Part shown: in pieces, positions 13,601-27,256 of the stretch | Layout: the number at the start of each line of letters is the position of its first letter | Numbering within the stretch: the stretch's first letter is position 1 | Assembly (NCBI GenBank): GCA_003971905.1 | Contig: RSEE01000006.1 | Location: forward strand, 372,001 to 436,000 | DNA: 64,000 bases | Direction of reading: 5' to 3' | Source of the DNA: Moniliella sp. 'wahieum' | Taxonomy: Eukaryota | Notes under the pieces: model-generated | The model's input: the letters and a program-made list of their open reading frames with translations, nothing else | The model's database searches: none | Told to the model about the DNA's origin: nothing | Translations under genes and position numbers: made by a program

Positions 13601-16280
13601 GCAGAGCTATAAGCTGGCGCCTGTGATCATGTAGGACATTCAGGAGGGACAGATGACTGCGTAGGGCCTTCTCGGGTTGAGTGTTCCCACCTCCTGGATT
13701 CGGTACACCACGCCAACGAGCCAGCGAGCCCTGCAATCCGGATATGGCCTGTTCGTTTTCGGATAGGCGAAGGGAAGCATGCGAAATATTACGCCTCGCC
13801 TGCATCACATGCACCCACCATTTTGCCATTTCTCGCGTCAATGAGATGTTGGTGTCCTGTGCGTTTGTTCTGTGTACCTGCTGCCGCAAAATTCTGCCGC
13901 TAGCGCCCGACGCGTGCATTGACTCGAGTTGACTACCACAGCGCCGCCGATAGGTGCTTTGGGAAGGTTAGCCCCTGCATAGCAGACATTATAGGTACGC
14001 ACATACTAGTGTACCCATCTGGGGCACAGCGATCGACTCTGCTTGAACGCGAGACTTAATGGAGGCGAGCAATGTGCCCACAACTCTCGCTTGAGGATCC
14101 GAGGAAGGAATATGACGGTGGAGTGCCGATAGGGTCTTGACTAGAATTTGAGATTGGGGCGTGGCCTGGTTTAGGGCTTCATCCTGGGTTTGAAAGAGAG
14201 TCTGGGTTTGAGTTCGAGATCCGGTTTGGGTTTGGGCTTGGGCTTGGGCTTGGGACTGGGCCTGAGCTTGGGCATGGGCATGGGCCTGGGCTTGAGCTTG
14301 GGCTTGAGCTTGGGCTTGAGCTTGGGCTTGAGCCTGGGCTTGGGCTTGAGCATGGGCCTGTGCTTGGCATGGACTCGGGCTTGAGCTTGGGACTGGGCCT
14401 GGGCTTGGGCATGGGCTTGGGCTTGGGCCTGTGCTTGTGCATGAGCATGGGCTTGAGCTTGAGCTTGAGCTTGAGCCTGGGCCTGGGCCTGGGCCAAGAC
14501 CAACACCTGGTTTGCATGTTTTTGCACGAGTGGCTCACCGAGGAGGGAAGATGGCACAGGGCGGGTCAGCGTGTGTGAATGCCCAACAGGAAGTTGGGAG
14601 AAGCCGGGTGGAATTGTGGGGTTATTGTGCCCTGGTTCAAGGCCACGAGGAAGTGGGGCAGTAGGGAGGCGTTCTGCACCCCCAGGGGGCTGCTGCCAAG
14701 GTGAAGCACAGTCATGTTTGATGCCAGCGCAGGCGGCCGTAATGTGGGGTGAAAGGCGGGAGAGGCAATAGCATTCGTTACAGGGACAGTGAGAGGCGGG
14801 GATGGTTGATTCGAGTCGGATGGCCTTGGCCGTTTGGACGGCCGCGTCGGTTCCTCGTCGTTCTCCTCATCATCACCCCTAGTCAGATCGACTATCTGGG
14901 TGCGGCTGTAATGCCGATCTTGATTCGAATGGAGGCGTGGTGGGACAGGCAACGTGACGCTCGTAGGGGTAGGAGCCGATTGCGCGTTGAACGGGTTGGA
15001 AAGCGTGAAAACTACCCTAAGTGCAGCCATTACACTATCTGCGCCGGATGCAGACGGCGGGCTCTCCGGGCGTCGGTACAAGGCCGAGGAATTTGCTGGG
15101 TTTGATAAGAGAAAGTGGGCAGCCCATTCCACGGCGGGCGGGGTCCAGTCATCCTCCTCAGGAACCAATTCTCCAGGGTAAAACGGTGAAAGGGAGGATA
15201 GGCACCATGCCTATTGCATTGCTCGGTTGGAGCAGTAAAAGGCCGGGGAGAGGAGGGCTGCATCGCAGCGCGGATAAAGCGGGGAGGAGAGGACTCCCCA
15301 TGCACGGGGTGGACGAGCAAGCTCGGAAGATGCCATTGTCCTTCGAGACTGATTGACAAAAGCGCTTGCATCGGGCCAGGAATTGCTAGTGGCGTCGTAC
15401 AGCGGCCCCAGCAGGACCTCATACTGGTACTCCTGGGGAGAGTCCAAAATGTGCCCATATGGGAAGAGCGGGGCACACGTGCCAACACTGTGGATGAGCG
15501 TGTCGGCGGTTAGCTCTGGTGGGGGCGAAGGGCCCGGAGCATCTTTAGGAGCAGAGTTGCTCAGCGCCTCGTTGGAAACGCCATTGATCAAAGGAGCAGT
15601 CCGCTGCTGGAGCATGAGGCGCAAGATATTATAGGGTGTCCGCAAGCCTCTGCCGGCTGGTAATTGCTCAAGCAACGCCCAGAGCCAGCGGGGGCGGACA
15701 GCCACAATAATACCCCAGCGAAGCTCGTGAGGCGTGAGACGAACAGCGACACGCTCGCCGACGAAGAAGCGTTGATTGAATGCGTGTTCGAGCTGGAGCG
15801 CCAGCTGGTGGACGCGAGCGGCCGGCATGAGCCCCGCGCCAGCCTCGTTAGTCGGGAAGAGCGTGAGGCGCTGGATGGGTGGCAGACTGTGCCTTGCTCT
15901 GGGGCGAGAGGGGGAGAGCGACCGCTAGCTCAGGACAGAGCGCATCAGAGCATATTTGAGCGCACGAGGTATTTCAACATACAGGAACACAGGGCAGCAG
16001 CTTCAGCGTGGCAACTCTGGAAGAGGTCCAGGCCATGGCGGCCAGTGATGCGGTCGACAAATATGGGAGTGCGGTAGTAGGCAAGGCGCTGAGCGCAGAG
16101 CCTGCTCAGAGCAGAAGGGTCAGTGGATCGTTGCAGGATACTGGGGTGAAAGAGGTGGAGGGGGCCGAGGCAGGGGCACATACTCGGGGGGGGAAAACTC
16201 TCCCCAGTGAGTTTGATGGTGTAGGCGGCGCATGCAGCCAAGGAGGGGGGGGGGGGCGGGGCGTCCGGCCGAGCGGACAT
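10673..16280 (-). CDS. ITC1: ISWI chromatin-remodelling accessory subunit, Itc1/ACF1 family (WAC, DDT, WHIM1, WSD), multiply frameshifted
   Basis: WAC YTIKLTGESF...RLAYYRTPIFVDRITGRHGLDLFQS and FNQRFFVGERV; DDT VIFAWHALTSCGPVLGLDGFWVDDLVLAL...LLAAIHGLLL; WSD RPLGKDRFHNQYWWLD...WAAFDTPEQLAGLVSWL; intron donor at 16183. Confidence 0.8.
14222..14495 (-). repeat. Degenerate hexanucleotide repeat GC(C/T)CA(A/G) encoding a (Gln-Ala)n tract inside Itc1
   Basis: About 45 hexamer units such as ttgagc/ttgggc/ctgggc on the + strand; translation QAQAQAQAQAHAHAQAQ. Confidence 0.9.
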
Positions 16281-16979
16281 GCCCGCGGAGAATGGCGGTG
16301 GCGGCGGGGGGGAGAATACGTGGGGGGGCGCTTAGGAGCCGATACCGCTCTCCGCAAAAGAGCGCGGCGACGCGTTTGGGCAAAAAAAGCTGCATCCGCC
16401 CACGCCTGCGACGGCCCGCAGCGGCGCCTTCGAGCTTCATCGCCTCTTCCAGGAAAGCCACACGCCACCCCCCGCCCCATCACCGGTGACATGTGACATG
16501 TAGTGACTAGTGACTAGTGACATGTGACACGCATGACTGGCAACGCGTGGTGACACACTGCCCCGGCCCACCCAGCACCGCGCCAACCCGTGCACCGTCG
16601 TGCTAGGGTTTTTGCATGTGTCCTTCTGGCCATGTCGATCTCTCCGCCTCTTCCGCCGCCGTGTCTCAGCGGTTCATCCCGTTCATTCACCTACAACAAG
16701 GGCTCTTCTCATGGTTCAGACCCAGTGCCATAGCAACTGTGTCTGATGAGTCCCGCTTTTGGGCCCGGCTCCGTGCGTCCATGCTTTGTAGAGCTTGTGA
16801 AGGGGGCTCTCTGTAATATACCAACCACATTACGATGTATAACCTACTCCCATATTCGCTCAATGAGCCTGTCGCGCAAAATCGTCGCTTACCCGACGAC
16901 CCTCAACCGAACATGGCTTCAACAATATGCCCCCCGCATCCCAACACAACTAATGCGGTCTCTCATTTTCAAGTGAAGT

Positions 16980-17430
16980 CTCGGCCGATATTATGACACC
17001 AATTCACTGCGGCACAGCTTTTCTTGATCCGCCGGGACGGGTATATGTCTAGCCAGCGACCTGCTGCTGACGGCCTCGACTATCATTACGTCGGCCCCTT
17101 TCCCATTGTCCACGCTGTGGGCCGCGCCGCGTACCAGGTCCACCTTCCCGACTACCTACACCTCCATGACGTGTTTCATATGTCCCTCTTGCGTGCACAT
17201 ACACCCCAGGTGGCATGGACCCTGCCCGCGCTTGATCGATCCCCGCCTCCTCTCCCCGAATATGCTGACGATGGTGCGGTTCATCACCAGGCCGAGCACG
17301 TCCTTGACTCTCGCTGGAAGGGGCCGTGAAGGCTACATTGAGTACTTCGTTCGCTTCCGGGGCTATATCCCGTCCACGAGGGGCATGGGTACCCGGAACA
17401 TTCATGGGTCCGTCGTGAAAATGTAGGGCT
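16980..17430 (+). mobile_element. Ty3/Gypsy chromovirus relic: integrase C-terminal GPY/F region plus chromodomain
   Basis: YVGPFPIVHAVGRAAYQVHLPDYLHLHDVFHMSLLR, then PPP...EHVLDSRWKG...YIEYFVRFRGY; decayed, with no RT or gag visible. Confidence 0.85.
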
Positions 17431-17434
17431 ATCC

Positions 17435-17620
17435 TGTCACCCAATGACTACGCTCGCTCCAATTTCCACATCTGCATCCTGTGTCCTCTCGCTCTTCCTT
17501 CCCTTTTGCTTCTGTTCTCTGTCTCTGCCCGATGCCTTCTGTTTTCTCCCACGAACGATCTTGCCTTTCCCCCACCTCTGACAAGACCTTGGTCTCCCTC
17601 GTTTAGTCCCGACTGTTACA
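17435..17620 (+). mobile_element. Probable 3' LTR of the chromovirus relic
   Basis: Begins TGTCAC just after the chromodomain and a degenerate purine-rich tract; ends GTTACA (imperfect TG...CA inverted termini). Confidence 0.45.
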
Positions 17621-17633
17621 TATCCGTGTACTC

Positions 17634-18030
17634 TGTTACACTTTCCTCAAAGTGATGCTTGCCGTGAGAGAGACGGGGTACCGTGTAGGAATCGCGCAGA
17701 TGTACTAGGTCCTCAGCAGCGTTGAGAGCTGTGATGGGATGATACACCAACATCTAGACGTGCCACAGGAACGAGACGAAGATGATGACCTGTGATTGAC
17801 TGTTGACAGATAAATCTTTCTCTCTTTTCTTTGTGGGGGGGAGAGTCTATATATCCCGAGATCCCGACGAGAGGCTATACTAAGAAAAGGGGATAGGGAA
17901 AGAACAATCAAGTCAAGGGAAGCCGCGCATGCGTTAATAGCTGTCAAGGGGACAAATGGTACCCCAGAGTCACGAGCGAAGTCGGGTCAGATCTCAGACC
18001 TACCTGTGGTCACCCTTTTTAGTCACCACA
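17634..18030 (-). mobile_element. Possible second, solo LTR
   Basis: Non-coding block with TGTGG...TGTAACA ends on the minus strand and an internal TATATAG box near 17846-17852; no target-site duplication found. Confidence 0.3.
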
Positions 18031-19190
18031 GATTGACTGGTCCGGCTGAGTTGTTCTATATCCTGTTTTCCCCCTTTGTCTATGATCCCCTTTTCTTTCT
18101 CCGTGTGACTCATCTCGCATGTTCTCTTCCCCGCCGATGCATATATACCACAGCCTTCCGGCTTTCAGCCCAACCGTCCATACCCCATACCCCATTTCCA
18201 CATCGGACACATCTCTCCGCCCTCTCCCTCCTACTTTCCCCCCCTTGCACCATCTCCACCGCCGCACAGGTGCCAGTGCGTCCAACGCGGCCCACCCCGA
18301 TGGCCGACGCCAACGACTCTCCGTTCCCCCTCGCGCCCACCTTAAGAAAGAATGCCAGAAAGAGAGCCACATCAGAACTATAGAAACACTGAGCGTCCAT
18401 CTGTGTCATCGTTTGGCTGATCTCGCTCCCATTTCTATTTCTTCGTCCCGAGCGTCTCGCTCCTTCCCTGTTCCCATGCGCTCTACTCTACCTGCTTCCC
18501 CACAAATGATTGCTACTTCTCTCTCGGCGATTCTTCACTCAAAAGCTCTCATCTTTCTGTGGCCCTCCAATTTACACTAGCCAAGGCTGAATGACCAACA
18601 GCACTATAGAACAACCGAGGAGCAATTTAATGACCCGCGCAGCATCGACCATCAAATTTCAAAGCTGCGTTCGGCTGTCAGCGGTGTGTATCAGAACAGT
18701 AGTTTAGGGGACTGTTGGTTGCAACTGGGAGGCTGCAAAGTGGGCAAGCGCTTTATACAGATCACGTGATGACCGATGACCACCTTCCCTGATCGATGAT
18801 CGAGGGTGTCGAAGTCCTCGATCCTCGATCATACCAATTTCAAATTTACTCGGCCCTAGCCTTGCATCAAGGCTTTGCCTTGCAGACGCAGCAGATGGAG
18901 GGACAACGAAGCCTGCTCCCCGCTCAAGCTCAACGCTCAACGGTCGCTAGTCGTCGAGTCATCGATCATCCTAGCCATCAATGACAGATCATCGGCGTCA
19001 CGCGTCAGGAGCCCCGCGCCACAGGCCGTGTCGCCGCATACTTTGAGTGTCATGCATCCGTCACACATCATCCACATGCATCACCGCTGCTCATGCATCG
19101 GATGCGTAAACCCTACGTGACCATGCCTCCGATCACGACGCCGGCCGGCATCATAGTCAGCTGCCCCAATACGCCCAAGCCTAAGGCCTA

Positions 19191-22100
19191 ATGCCGCTCC
19201 CCCCCGTATCGACCACATCCAACCAACCCAGCAGTCTCCGCCACCACCGCCACCAGCCTACGCTGCCGGAGCCCGCCATTTCCTCCTCGCTGCCGCCCGC
19301 CATGCCGTCTTCTACGCTTGACTCGGACGGCGACGAGCTCATGCCCGATGCGTCTGCACCGGCAACCCATGCATCTGCCAGTGGTGCTCCTGACAGCCAT
19401 GGCTCGGACCACTACCCCGTCCTTGATGACCCTAGTATCAGTATTGCGTCTGATCTTTTAGACGACGATGGCGATGGCGATGGTATGGACCCTCAAGACC
19501 TAGGGCACGAGGATGAGATGAGGATGAGGGGGACGAGGATGAGGACGAGGACGAGGACGAGGACGATGAGGACGATGGCTACTATCCCGACGGGGCTAAC
19601 CTCGGCATTGATCTCCGCGCCATGGCCAGCTTTTTCTCCAACTTTAACGAGCGCTTCAAGGTACTCTTGTCCGCCATCAAACCTGGCTCTGAACCATCCG
19701 AACAACTTGATGCGCTCGAAGAGCTCGCTGGGCTCTTGAGCATCAGTCAAGAGGACTCGCTCCTTGGTCAATTTCCCACCCGCGCTTTTGTTCGCGAGTT
19801 TGTCCGCATCTTAGGCGGCACGCCTCCCACCGGTGCGCACGACGACGAAGACTCTGTCCAGGAAGAAGTAGACCCTGAAGTGGCTGCAATTCTGAGCGCA
19901 GTTGGGAACGAGTCCAAGTCCGAGCGGCAGGTGCTCGCCTGCCGGTGCCTGGCCAACCTGATTGAGGCCATGCCCCAGGCGGCTCGTCGTCGTACAATCT
20001 GGCGGTGTTGAAGCCATGGTTTCCCGCCTGCTGGAGATTGAGGTCATTGATCTGGCAGAACAGGCTGCAAACACTTGAAAATCAGTGTGGACTACCCTGC
20101 CTCAATCGTCAAGGCCGGTGGGTTGATGGCTGTCCTTATGTACCTCGACTTCTTTAACCTCCACGTCCAACGCACGGCGGTGACAACATTTGCAAACTGC
20201 TGTCGCAAGCTCCAAGAAAGCGATGTAGGCATGTCCGCGACACCATCCCTCTCTTGTCCAACATGCTCGGCAACAGCGATAGGCGTATTCAAGAGCAAAC
20301 ATGCAAGTCCATCGTCCGTATTCTCGAGAGCTACCGCTTGTTCCCCGCCGTGCTGGCTCAATTGGTTACACCTGAGCTTTGTGTCGCTCTAGAGAAGGTT
20401 CTTGTACCACCAGCACCGATGTTGACGGGCCTACTTCTGCAGCTCCTGTGGCTACCATCCCTAGTTCCATGGTCACCGACTTGGTTCGCGCTCTTACCTA
20501 TGCCACCCGTTCCTCCCCCGCCGTTTCGCGTCATCTGCTGGAAAGCAATCTAGGCGATGCACTGTAATGCCATCCTTACCGGATCCCGTGCTCCCACGCG
20601 GACGAAGTGTCACCACCAACAGGCACAGGCAAGGTGGCATTACTGCAAAACCTTAGCACGCGGCCCAAGGAACAACTTCAAGAGGCACTCAGTTTGACCA
20701 TTGAGTTACTTCCCCTATCCTCCCAAGACAGGGGTGTTTGATGGACGCAACTACACGGAGCGCGCGTTGCAGCTCGTAACAGGCGAGCGGACAGCAGATC
20801 AAGCTGCCTCAATGGCGAAGCTGAATGCAGTCAAAGCCGCCCCAACCGAGATGGATCCTCAACAAGCCAAGCCTGTCTTGGCGCTCTGCAAGCTTATGCT
20901 CCCGCGCTGGTGGAGATTCATGCTGCGTCTGTCACACCCGCTGTGCGCCACACGGCGATTGTAGCCATTCTGAGGATCTTCGGCTTTGCCAATCCGACTC
21001 AGTTGGCTCAGCTCTTGGTTCCGGTGGCTGTCCCTGCCTTTTTGGCTGGTGCTGTCGTCTGATGATGCACCCGCGCTGGTGCAGGGATCCCTTCAGATTG
21101 TCGAGCTCCTGGTCGTCAAGTTGGGCGCAGAGTACTTACGCTTTCTGGAGCGGGGGGCGTCATCTGGGAAATCAAGCAGCTGGCTGAGCAAGAACTGTCA
21201 GGTGAACCGGGCCCGATCTACTCCGTTCCTAAGGAGGAACGTCGCTCCAAGGTCAATGCCAAGGGGCATCGCATCTGACTGCAGCTCAACAAAGGACATG
21301 ATCATTGTGCGGGCTCGCATCTTCCAAGCGCTCTACACTTCCCCTCGTCAGGCGGACACAAACGTCCTGCCTAGGGCAGAGGCTCTGGCGAATCTCATTC
21401 GTACGAGTGGCCTCACCTCCACCGAGGAAGCTCGTCGTGCGCTCGATGATATCCTTCTGGCCGTGACTTCAGAGGACGATGGTCTGGCTGGATGGGAGCT
21501 GCTCGCAGTCGGGTCTGATTGATGGACTGCTTGTCCTTCTTGGCGACACGGACGCACCTCTCGCTCCCACTGTACGGAGGCAGTTGTTTGATCAAGCGGT
21601 TGCTCGGCACCCAGACGGGGCACGCAAACTGGTTCAACGCCTTCAAGAAACAGTGAGCCGAAGTGAATCGGTCGAGGTGGTTAGTCTGTCGGGAGCGTTG
21701 GACGAGGAGATGCGTCGATTGCCCGGTTTGGCCTTAACGAAACAGATGCGGCTCAAACTCGTCTCGTCTGATTCGAACGTCCCTCGATCGTGTCAGACGC
21801 TGATGATCGGCATTCATGCTGTTGCTCTCGTATCGGAGTTGGACGAGTTCCTCCGTTCCAAGATCCAAGTGGCACAGTCGGTTGCTAATGGTGCAGGTGG
21901 AAATCGGCTGTCGTCGGTCTGGCGGCGTTTGCTGCTGCAGCTGAGCACCACCACCGAGACTAAATGATCAAGCTACTTCGCCGGGACCTCATTTTTCGGT
22001 TCGCCCACTGTCCGACGGCGACGATGGGCCTGCACGTCGTGAGGCGGCCGCTCGTACCTTGATGCAGGGGTTGTTGAGAGGCGCGTTTGATGACATGCCC

Positions 22101-24034
22101 GATGACGAGAGGCCGCCGCCGAAGGTGACACTGAACCCCAGGAGGAAATGACTGAGGAGCGGACTACTGGGGTGGACAGGGACAAGCCGTCTACTTCTGG
22201 TGAAGGTTCCTCTACTCCGGGTCCAGCTCTCGTCCAACGGAGGGGAGACGATCGACGTCCTTATTCTGACGCTCTGCAGCAATCACTCACACGGACGAGT
22301 GGCACATTGTCTTTTCGGTGGGAGATCGAGAGGTGGGCTTGGATGAGACGGTTTTTTGGGGTGGTTTATCGCATGGAGAGGAGAAGAACCCGGAATGGCA
22401 GCCGGACCGCACATTCTGGTCCACCCCTTACCCCGTCTCGTTCCGCAAGGTCAACGGGCCTGCACCCAAACCCGATCGTTCTCAAACGAAGGGTAAGTAG
22501 ACTTGGGGTTTTGAGAGGATACCAAACGCTGACTTGACTTGTGCAGACGATGCTCCCACTGCAGTAGACGTCTTCCCTCCCGAATCGGAGATGAGCAAGA
22601 CTTTGACGCTACTCCATGCGCTGTACGAGGCATTCACTCTTGAAACGCCCGAGAAATAGTCAGGAGTTTACGTCGCTCTTTGTCAACAATAAGCTCACAG
22701 CCAAACTCAATCGGCAACTCGAGGAGCCCCTGGTGTCGGTGAGCCTATTCTTCCACAATGGGCTCAAGAGCTGCCGCGGCGTATCCGTTCCTGTTTCCAT
22801 TTGCACCCGCTTCGCTTACTTACAAGCCACAGCCTTTGGCTCGACCCGCCGGTTGCGCGTTGGCAACCTTGCTTCGTTCCGGCGACTCTGCCAGTCCGTG
22901 CACGAGATGAGGCTTTGGGTACATTGTCCCTGCCCCGGCAAAAGGTGCGGATTGGGCGGATAAAGTGATCGATACGGTCCTCTCAGATTGCGAGTCGTAC
23001 GCCAAGGCTGACTCGATGCTGGAGGTGGAATACTTTGACGAGGTGGGTACGGGTCTGGGCCCGACATTGGAATTTTATTCGCTGGCTTCGCGCGCTTTTG
23101 CTCGTACCGACACGGCCATGTGGCTTGGGTCGGGCGGGACGGGGACGAGGAATATGTACGTGCGCCACAAGGACTGTTCCCTTCTCCTCTCCCAGGGGGG
23201 GAGACAACACCGGCAGGGATCAAGCAAGTCGTTGTTTCAAGCATTGGGCACGTTTGTCGCGAAATCGCTCTTGGATTCTCGCATCATTCACATCGAATTT
23301 AACCCCGTCTTTTGGCTCTCGTCATTGGTCGGCCCGTGGCGAAGACAGTGCGGACGGTGGCCCAAATTGACGCCAAGTTGGCATCCTCTTTGAATCAGCT
23401 CCTTTCTCTCCCTCCGGCGGAGGTGGAGCAACTCGGGATCGATTTCACGTTGCCTGGGTACGATTCGCTCGAGTTGGTTCCGGGTGGAAAAGACACGGCG
23501 GTGACGGGAGAGAACGTTAGGGCATATGTGGCGGAGGTGGTGGAGGTTTTGATTGGTCGTGGCACTGCGCCCCTGGTTGCTGCTTTCCGACAGGGCTTCC
23601 AGAAACTGATGGATCCCCAGGCTTTGGCTTCTTTCACTCCGGCGAGTTGGTTGAAGTGTTTGGCAACGCACCGGAAGATTGGTCGCACGCGACGCTGGCG
23701 ACGTACGTCAAACCGGACCACGGATTCACCTCCGAGTCGGAAGCGTACCTGAACTTGCTCAGCTCATGACGTCCTTTGACGCTCAGGAGCGCCGCCTTTT
23801 CCTGCAGTGGCTCACGGGATCGCCCAAGTTGCCCATTGGAGGGTTCAAGGCGTTGCAACCCCCATTGACGGTGGTGCGGCGTCCGCACGAGGCCCCACTG
23901 CAACCGGAGACTACCTTCCTTCGGTGATGACCTGCGTCAATTACCTCAAACTGCCCAACTATTCTACCAAGGTTATGGGTCAGCGTTTGCGCAAGGCCAT
24001 GGTTGAAGGTGGCAAGTCGTTCCATCTGTCTTGA
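19191..24034 (+). CDS. UFD4: HECT E3 ubiquitin ligase Ufd4/TRIP12 (ARM repeats + HECT), heavily frameshifted; intron 22493-22546
   Basis: [76 protein letters not shown]; catalytic [18 protein letters not shown]-terminus SFHLS*. Confidence 0.93.
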
Positions 24035-24424
24035 TTCTATTTACGTCATTCCCTGTTTCGTCTCCTGCATTCGCAATCGCTCGCCCCCCTTGTTTGGCCT
24101 GTCCTGTGGCAGCGAGGAACTTGGTTTTACCCTCATCGATCATCTTTGAATGTTCCCGACCACCGCGGCCGTGGCTATTGTTGTAGCAAGTTAAACGTCA
24201 CTGGTGGTGTATCATAGACAAGTTTGGCTACTGCCCTTCAGACAGGAAACACTCATCTCATCTGGAATTGTTCTTCAATGCTCTGCCAAAGCCAATTCTA
24301 AGACTGGATGAAAGTACATGTACACAGATGATAATATTCAGCAATCGTCAGTCTCAAAAGAGAGGACTGGTAAGAAAGGGAGGGCACAATGTGCAAAGGA
24401 TGGCAGCCGATGATGCCGAGTCAC

Positions 24425-25852
<1,428 letters not shown>

Positions 25853-25933
25853 GGTGCAGCGATGGAGTGAGAGAAGAGGAGGTGGGGTGAGAGGTGCTGA
25901 GGGCGGGGGGGCGGGGGACAAGGTGGGGAGGCA

Positions 25934-25942
25934 GCTTTATAT
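25934..25942 (-). promoter_or_regulatory. TATA box of GDH
   Basis: TATATAAAG on the minus strand about 85 nt upstream of the ATG, followed by a pyrimidine-rich tract. Confidence 0.55.
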
Positions 25943-27256
25943 AGCCCAACGGGAATGACCAACAGCGCCGGAAATTCATTGACTGCTGCCACTAGATCTA
26001 GATCTGGCAAATCCGACGGATCCAGTGCGGGGCGGCCGGGTGAAACGTTCAGGGCGAGGCTCACAACGGGCGAAACCACACACGGACGCAGCCACTGGTT
26101 GGGCTGGTTAACCAACACACTCGGCCAGAGCAGAGGCCAGCCCGAGGGCCTGAAAGGATCCTAATCGATAATCTTTAGGAGGCGCATTCGAGGAGAAGGG
26201 TAGTTCCCGTAGTCATTAGTGCGTGGGGCGGCCGGACCAGCCAGACACTGCTGATGCCATGCCTTCCACGGCACTGTCCTGAGTGTGTCTGTGTTCACCG
26301 CTGCCGCTTAGCCGGTAAGGGGTAAGGGGTAAGCGCGGTAAGCGGCAAGCCTTGGATGCCCCGCGGTACCATCCCCCTGTCGTTTAGATCGGCTGGTCCA
26401 GGTGGGCTGTGTTTTAGTGACCCTAGTGACCTCTCTGCTTCTTGCTCCACTGCAAGAGGCCCCTGCTTTGCCACCCCTTTTCGTCCATCTGATGGGAAGC
26501 GGCCGGCACTCCTCAGGGCACTTTTGCATTACGTGCTTAGGGTCAGTGTGCGCAGTCGCTCAGGTAGCCCCTGCTTCTTGCCGTCTCAGCTGCGCCAGGC
26601 CCAGCCCAGCCGGCTCCCAGCTTCAGATCCCACAGCTGCTGCTTTTTCAGAGCTGGACCGAGTGTGGTCCAGGGACGGGCGGAGCGGGGTAGATGGCAGG
26701 ATTACGGAGAAAGACAGCTGGGCTTGGGCGGAGGAACAGGTTTTTAGCAATTTCAACTCTTATCAGGTCGCAGATGGTCTCAGCTCAGACTCTGGCCGTG
26801 TGCTGAGTTCGCGGCAGCCGCCACGGCAGCACAGCCGGATTGTCCCGAGGCGTCGCGAGTTGTTCCGTTGGAATTTCATTTGCAATTGCTTTTTCCGCAT
26901 CCACGCCCGCCACGGGCATCAGCTGTCTCACCCCGCCCGCCCCCCGCCGTCCTCTGCCGTCCTCTGCTGTCCTCTGCCGCCCCTGTCGGCCTCGTCGACA
27001 TCAGATTGCCATCACCGGCCTCACCGGTACCCGGCAACCGGCACTCTTCTGGGGTAAACCGGTAAGGATGGATAGGACGTTGGAGCCAGACAATAAGTAA
27101 CACACCCTGGCAGAAGGTTGCGGAGACATGGAGTCTTGTTGAACGTGGGCAAGCACCCCTCGCAAGAGGCACAGCAACCTCGTTTGTCTCTTCTCTCTCC
27201 CACCTGTTCACCTTGATGTCTGCAAATCCAATACAATTCATGCTAGGTTCCTGCCT

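Noticed and set aside
14222..14495. CRISPR-like or telomere-like array
   Set aside because: No unique spacers; it is a coding hexamer repeat in a eukaryotic gene.
19811..19813. Genetic-code reassignment of TTA
   Set aside because: TTA sits at conserved Leu positions in Ufd4 and in MFS motif C, although the sample is small.
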